Shown one piece after another: positions 60,159 to 64,000 of a stretch of 64,000 bases of DNA. Both the position numbers and the translations under genes were made by a program. This stretch comes from Bacteroidales bacterium UBA6680 (lineage in GTDB: Bacteria > Bacteroidota > Bacteroidia > Bacteroidales > UBA6680), in assembly GCA_002454955.1 (NCBI GenBank), contig DKJY01000005.1:3784-67783 (forward strand), in the 5' to 3' direction. The first letter of the stretch is position 1, and the number at the start of each line of letters is the position of its first letter. A model generated the notes under the pieces. The model made no database searches. It saw nothing but the letters and a program-made list of their open reading frames with translations, and had not been told where the DNA came from.

Positions 60159-62573
60159 TTATTTGACCAAATCATCTAAAAAGAATTTTCCTTTTTTCTT
60201 TTTGTTTGCAGATGCCTTTTTACCAACATTATAAACAATTGAGACAACAAAATAGCGTGTTTCAATTTTCCGGGTATTGGTTTGGCTGTACCAATAGCCA
60301 TTATCATCTCTGGCATTTACAAATGGGCTAAATTTATTCGTATTAAATACGTCAGAAACTCTGAAGTTGATCAAGGCTTTATCTTTCAAAATCTTTTTAC
60401 TCAAAGCTATATCAATATAATACCGTTCTTTGTAAACCTCTAAGGCCGATGCAATTTTTGATTTGTAATAAGCCAATATTTGCATGTTTATACCATAAGG
60501 GAGCTTAATGTTGTTTGCCAGGCTAAGATTCCAGCCTGTTCTGCTTTTATCAATTATATTGTTGTTGTACTTTCCTACTAAAGTTGTATAAAACACATCT
60601 CCGTTAAAACTTACACCCCACACCTTAAATGGCTTGTATGATAGCGATAATTCTCCTCCTGTGTGAGTTGCTTTCTTAAGGTTGGTATAAGAAACTACTA
60701 ATGCACTATCATTAACCGCCGATTTTACTCTTGATATGGCTTGATTTATATGTTGGTAATAAACAGATATTTTACCGGAAAATTTGTTATAAACAAAGTG
60801 GTTGCCTCCTTCAATCATATTTACAAATTCCGGTTTTAGATAAGGATTACCTATGTGCATATTCAATGCATCTGCATATTCTCCAAAATAGGGATTTAGC
60901 ATTTTAATTGTAGGACGGTTTATTCTGCGATTACACCCAATAAAAACGGTGTGATTTGTATTTAACTTACGTGAGATATTTGCCGAAGGAAATATTTCAA
61001 GATAGTCGTCTTGCCTGTCATCGCTTTGCTTAGTTGTGGTATACTCCCCTCTCACACCTGCTTGTAGTTTCCAATTGTTTATGTTGGCATTAAAAACAAG
61101 GTATAAAGCGTTAATTGTTTGCAGGTATTTGAAATCACCTGATATAGTGTTGTTTTCCCAGTTCCCCGTTTGTTTATTGTAGCTTTTTGAATCAAAACCA
61201 TTTAGTAAATCTTGATTTTCAAATCTATATCCAGTTTCAAAAAATATGGTATCGCTTAAACTATGCTTGTAATCAAAAGATAAGTCAAGTATTTTATTTG
61301 CTTGCTTTGACTCCGTATTTTGTAATTCATGAATAGCACTCAAGGTATTCGGATAAAAGGTATTATTCATCTTTTCTATTTGGTCAAAGTAAGAATAATG
61401 AATTTTAGATGTAAGATAGTTTCCCTTTTTAATATCAAAACGGTGGTCGATACTTCCATCTATCGAATAATTGTCTAAATCAATAGCAATTTCTTTAGAA
61501 GATTGGTTTTCAATCTCTCCTAATTTGTTTAATGCCTTATAATTTATTTCTCGGTCTGCTCCATTAAATTTTCTACTTCCTATGAGTGAAGCACCTATCT
61601 TGTGCTTGTTATTTATTGTTTGCCTAATATTTGAGTTTATTACAACTACATTCATATCACCGTCTTGCCTATCGTACTGATAATAGTTATAAGTATTATG
61701 ATTTCCATAATTGTCGCGAAAATGTTCTTTCGTCTGAAATCTTGTTTTATGGTTTATTCCTCCATTAATAAAAAATTGGGTCTTCTTTTTCATCATAGAA
61801 TAGCCAATGTTTCCACCTAATGTTTCAGGGTAACCCACATTCAACTTAAAGCTGGTTTTATTTTGCCCGGCTTTTGAAGTTTTGAGAACGATGTTAATAA
61901 TACCTGTAGCCCCTTCTGATTCGTATTTTGCTGAAGGGTTGTTTACAACTTCAATTTTTTCAATCCGGTCGGCAGATATTTGTTCCAATGAACCAGAAAG
62001 TCCTGATTTGTTGCCATTAATCAATACCACCACCTTATCGCTGCCCCGATAATTCACTTTCCCATTCATATCAATATTTACAAAAGGTATATTTCTAAGC
62101 GCATCTATTGCAGTTCCTCCTGAAACGGTTTTGTCTTTTGAAATGTTAACTGTTGTCTTTTCTATACTTTGTTCAACAATGTTTCTTTCAGCCGTCACAG
62201 ACACTTCGGAAAGTGCTATAGCTTTGGGAGATAGTAAAAAATCAATTTTCTCGGTATCCTCCTGAATGTTTGTTACTTTAGTTTCATTCATATATCCAAT
62301 GAATGAAACGATAATTATATATTTACCCTTGCTTATATTGTTACTGTAATTACCATCTAAATCTGTTACTATTCCAGTTACAAAACTTGAATCCTGTACA
62401 TTAAGAATCTGAATATTTGCAAACGGAATCCCATCATTATTTTGGATATCTTTTACCGTTCCGCTTATTTTGCTATTATCATTTAAAGTATTGGCATTTA
62501 TAGTTAAAGCAGAAACTATTGCTACAAAAGTCAATACTACTTTTTTATTACTAAAAATTTGTTTTAGCTTCAT
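60159..62573 (-). CDS. TonB-dependent receptor / outer-membrane beta-barrel protein
   Basis: CarboxypepD_reg-like N-terminus, IEKIEVVNNPSAKYESEG..GIINIVLK, RRINRP, GNPYLKPE. Confidence 0.92.
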   Translation of the reverse strand: MKLKQIFSNKKVVLTFVAIVSALTINANTLNDNSKISGTVKDIQNNDGIPFANIQILNVQDSSFVTGIVTDLDGNYSNNISKGKYIIIVSFIGYMNETKVTNIQEDTEKIDFLLSPKAIALSEVSVTAERNIVEQSIEKTTVNISKDKTVSGGTAIDALRNIPFVNIDMNGKVNYRGSDKVVVLINGNKSGLSGSLEQISADRIEKIEVVNNPSAKYESEGATGIINIVLKTSKAGQNKTSFKLNVGYPETLGGNIGYSMMKKKTQFFINGGINHKTRFQTKEHFRDNYGNHNTYNYYQYDRQDGDMNVVVINSNIRQTINNKHKIGASLIGSRKFNGADREINYKALNKLGEIENQSSKEIAIDLDNYSIDGSIDHRFDIKKGNYLTSKIHYSYFDQIEKMNNTFYPNTLSAIHELQNTESKQANKILDLSFDYKHSLSDTIFFETGYRFENQDLLNGFDSKSYNKQTGNWENNTISGDFKYLQTINALYLVFNANINNWKLQAGVRGEYTTTKQSDDRQDDYLEIFPSANISRKLNTNHTVFIGCNRRINRPTIKMLNPYFGEYADALNMHIGNPYLKPEFVNMIEGGNHFVYNKFSGKISVYYQHINQAISRVKSAVNDSALVVSYTNLKKATHTGGELSLSYKPFKVWGVSFNGDVFYTTLVGKYNNNIIDKSRTGWNLSLANNIKLPYGINMQILAYYKSKIASALEVYKERYYIDIALSKKILKDKALINFRVSDVFNTNKFSPFVNARDDNGYWYSQTNTRKIETRYFVVSIVYNVGKKASANKKKKGKFFLDDLVK

Positions 62574-62922
62574 CTATTATTAACAACATTTGGTTTTACT
62601 ACACATTTCTCTCAAGATTGCATACAACGGTTAGTGTAAAATGCGTTTAATGTATTTTTACACAATATATGCCCTGCATGTGTAGCAGGGCGTTTGTTAA
62701 AGTTATTTACAAAACGGAAATATACAAATTTACGTTAGAAAAACAGTTAACAAGTGTGTTATTTGTTCTGGAATGTAAAAGTTAGTACCCTAACCATTAG
62801 CAAACCACAAGCTGGTTATGTTATTGCAATATAAAGGTTACAGTCAGCCAGATAAGCACTGTGCAAAATTTAATAAAGCTGGCACCATAAGTGGGCTTGT
62901 TGTAAATTGGTATTTAAGAACA

Positions 62923-62963
62923 GTAAAAGATTTAGGGGTGAGATTCACCTTTACCTACTCGCC
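62923..62963 (+). mobile_element. Possible group II intron 3'-end (domain VI) remnant
   Basis: ...gatttaggggtgagattcacctttacctactcgcc resembles the GGGGTGAAATTCCCC-TT(A/G)CCTACTCGAC type of intron end, from memory; no domain V or RT nearby. Confidence 0.4.
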
Positions 62964-62975
62964 TATGTTTTTTTA

Positions 62976-63695
62976 TTATTTTATTTTCATCATTTTACCT
63001 GTTCCTATATTCAACTTGTTTAATGTTTCATCCTCAATTAATTCAGGGATTTCAAAATATGAGTCATTAATCTTGTTTTCAGACGAATCAATTAGCGATA
63101 TTGTGATAGACATCATTCCTCCTATCTTCTTAATTATCACTATAGGTAGAGAATTTGATAATTTTAAAAATTCATAGAAACCATCATATATATGTCCTTT
63201 AAAATTTTCTGGATGAGTCTTGAAATAGTTATCATCAAATAAATAGTAATATGTTCCTGTTTTCCACTTTACTTCAACCATTTTCAATTTAAACTCTTTG
63301 TAATTTATCAGTGTATCTATAAGTGTAACAGTAGGCATTTTACCTGTTATTTTATGTTCAAGGTCAACAGAAGGGTCTGTTACCTTGCATATATCAGAAG
63401 CTTCACCATCTTGAAAAGTAAACAATTTATTGCTGTCAGGCCTGTATATTACCCATGAGTTATCGGTTGATAAGTTTAGTTGTTTGTAAAATCCCTTTTT
63501 ATAAGATGTTTTAATTGTATCGGCCCAGGTTCCATCCGACTGCATTCTTGTTTTAAGCATTTCCTTAGTCATACCCATATCTATCATTTTCTGGGATACA
63601 TTAAAGTCCACTGAATATGTTAATGTTCCTTCAAAATCTTGAGCATTTAAAATTGTTGTAATTGTCGATAAGATAATTGTAATCGTTTTTCTCAT
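62976..63695 (-). CDS. Hypothetical secreted protein (DUF4412/GLPGLI-like)
   Basis: Signal peptide ending LNA-QDFEGTLTY, C-terminal I.DS.FEIP pattern. Confidence 0.65.
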   Translation of the reverse strand: MRKTITIILSTITTILNAQDFEGTLTYSVDFNVSQKMIDMGMTKEMLKTRMQSDGTWADTIKTSYKKGFYKQLNLSTDNSWVIYRPDSNKLFTFQDGEASDICKVTDPSVDLEHKITGKMPTVTLIDTLINYKEFKLKMVEVKWKTGTYYYLFDDNYFKTHPENFKGHIYDGFYEFLKLSNSLPIVIIKKIGGMMSITISLIDSSENKINDSYFEIPELIEDETLNKLNIGTGKMMKIK

Positions 63696-64000
63696 TTATG
63701 TTTTTGTATTAAATGTGGCTAATTATTTAGATATGTGTATTCTGGTTTATGAAGGATTTTACCTCCTATTTACTATATAGTTAAATTTGCAATTTTATAT
63801 TATCATTGCCGAACATCTTTAAATCGCCAACTTGCTAATGTTCAAACAAACCCCAAAAGTATTAAATTCCATCCAAACACCGCATTACATATAGGTTTTT
63901 GTGTGCTTTGCATGTGAGCAATGCATACTTATTAAGATTTACAGGTTAATGTAATACCATGAGGAAACATGTTTTTTAAAGTAAAGTAGATGGTTTCTTT

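Larger units (their letters stand above)
57984..62665 (-). mobile_element. Integron-like gene cassette array (attC-like sites, no integrase in window)
   Basis: Three genes are each bracketed by self-complementary GTT.../...AAC cores (minus strand): GTTATGTGA/TCATATAAC, GTTGTGTTTA/TAAACACAAC, GTTGTATG/CATACAAC, with imperfect palindromes between cassettes. Confidence 0.65.

Noticed and set aside
62818-63177. 119-aa + strand ORF
   Set aside because: Mostly antisense to 62976..63695 and runs through the putative intron scar; no motif.

Overview
AT-rich chromosomal window from a Bacteroidota bacterium (gldA, TAnnTTTG promoters, TonB-dependent receptors; probably Bacteroidales/Marinilabiliales-like). 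Left to right: a partial TetR regulator; a 106-bp tandem hairpin array, a 214-aa helical hypothetical gene and a 21-bp phased array; ispD, DUF2461, gldA, and metK with a SAM-II-type riboswitch; a ~20-kb Wzx/Wzy capsule locus rich in modifying enzymes; ribE, a PhoR-like kinase, a PKD lipoprotein, ruvB and nadA; a 2.25-kb non-coding region that looks like oriC; a degenerate peptide deformylase; two tandem [His-rich RGPP leader + TonB receptor] modules; a PaeR7I/XhoI-type R-M pair; a metal permease; a polysulfide/thiosulfate reductase operon with YeeE proteins and GGC-tailed rhodaneses; a second, inverted copy of the 214-aa gene module; and an integron-like cassette array (two GIY-YIG proteins and a TonB receptor) with no integrase in the window. 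The best candidate for an undescribed system is the twice-occurring module [106-bp hairpin array]-[214-aa two-repeat protein]-[terminator]-[21-bp phased array]. The cassette array and the RGPP leader modules come next. All product calls come from motif recognition by eye; no database search was run.
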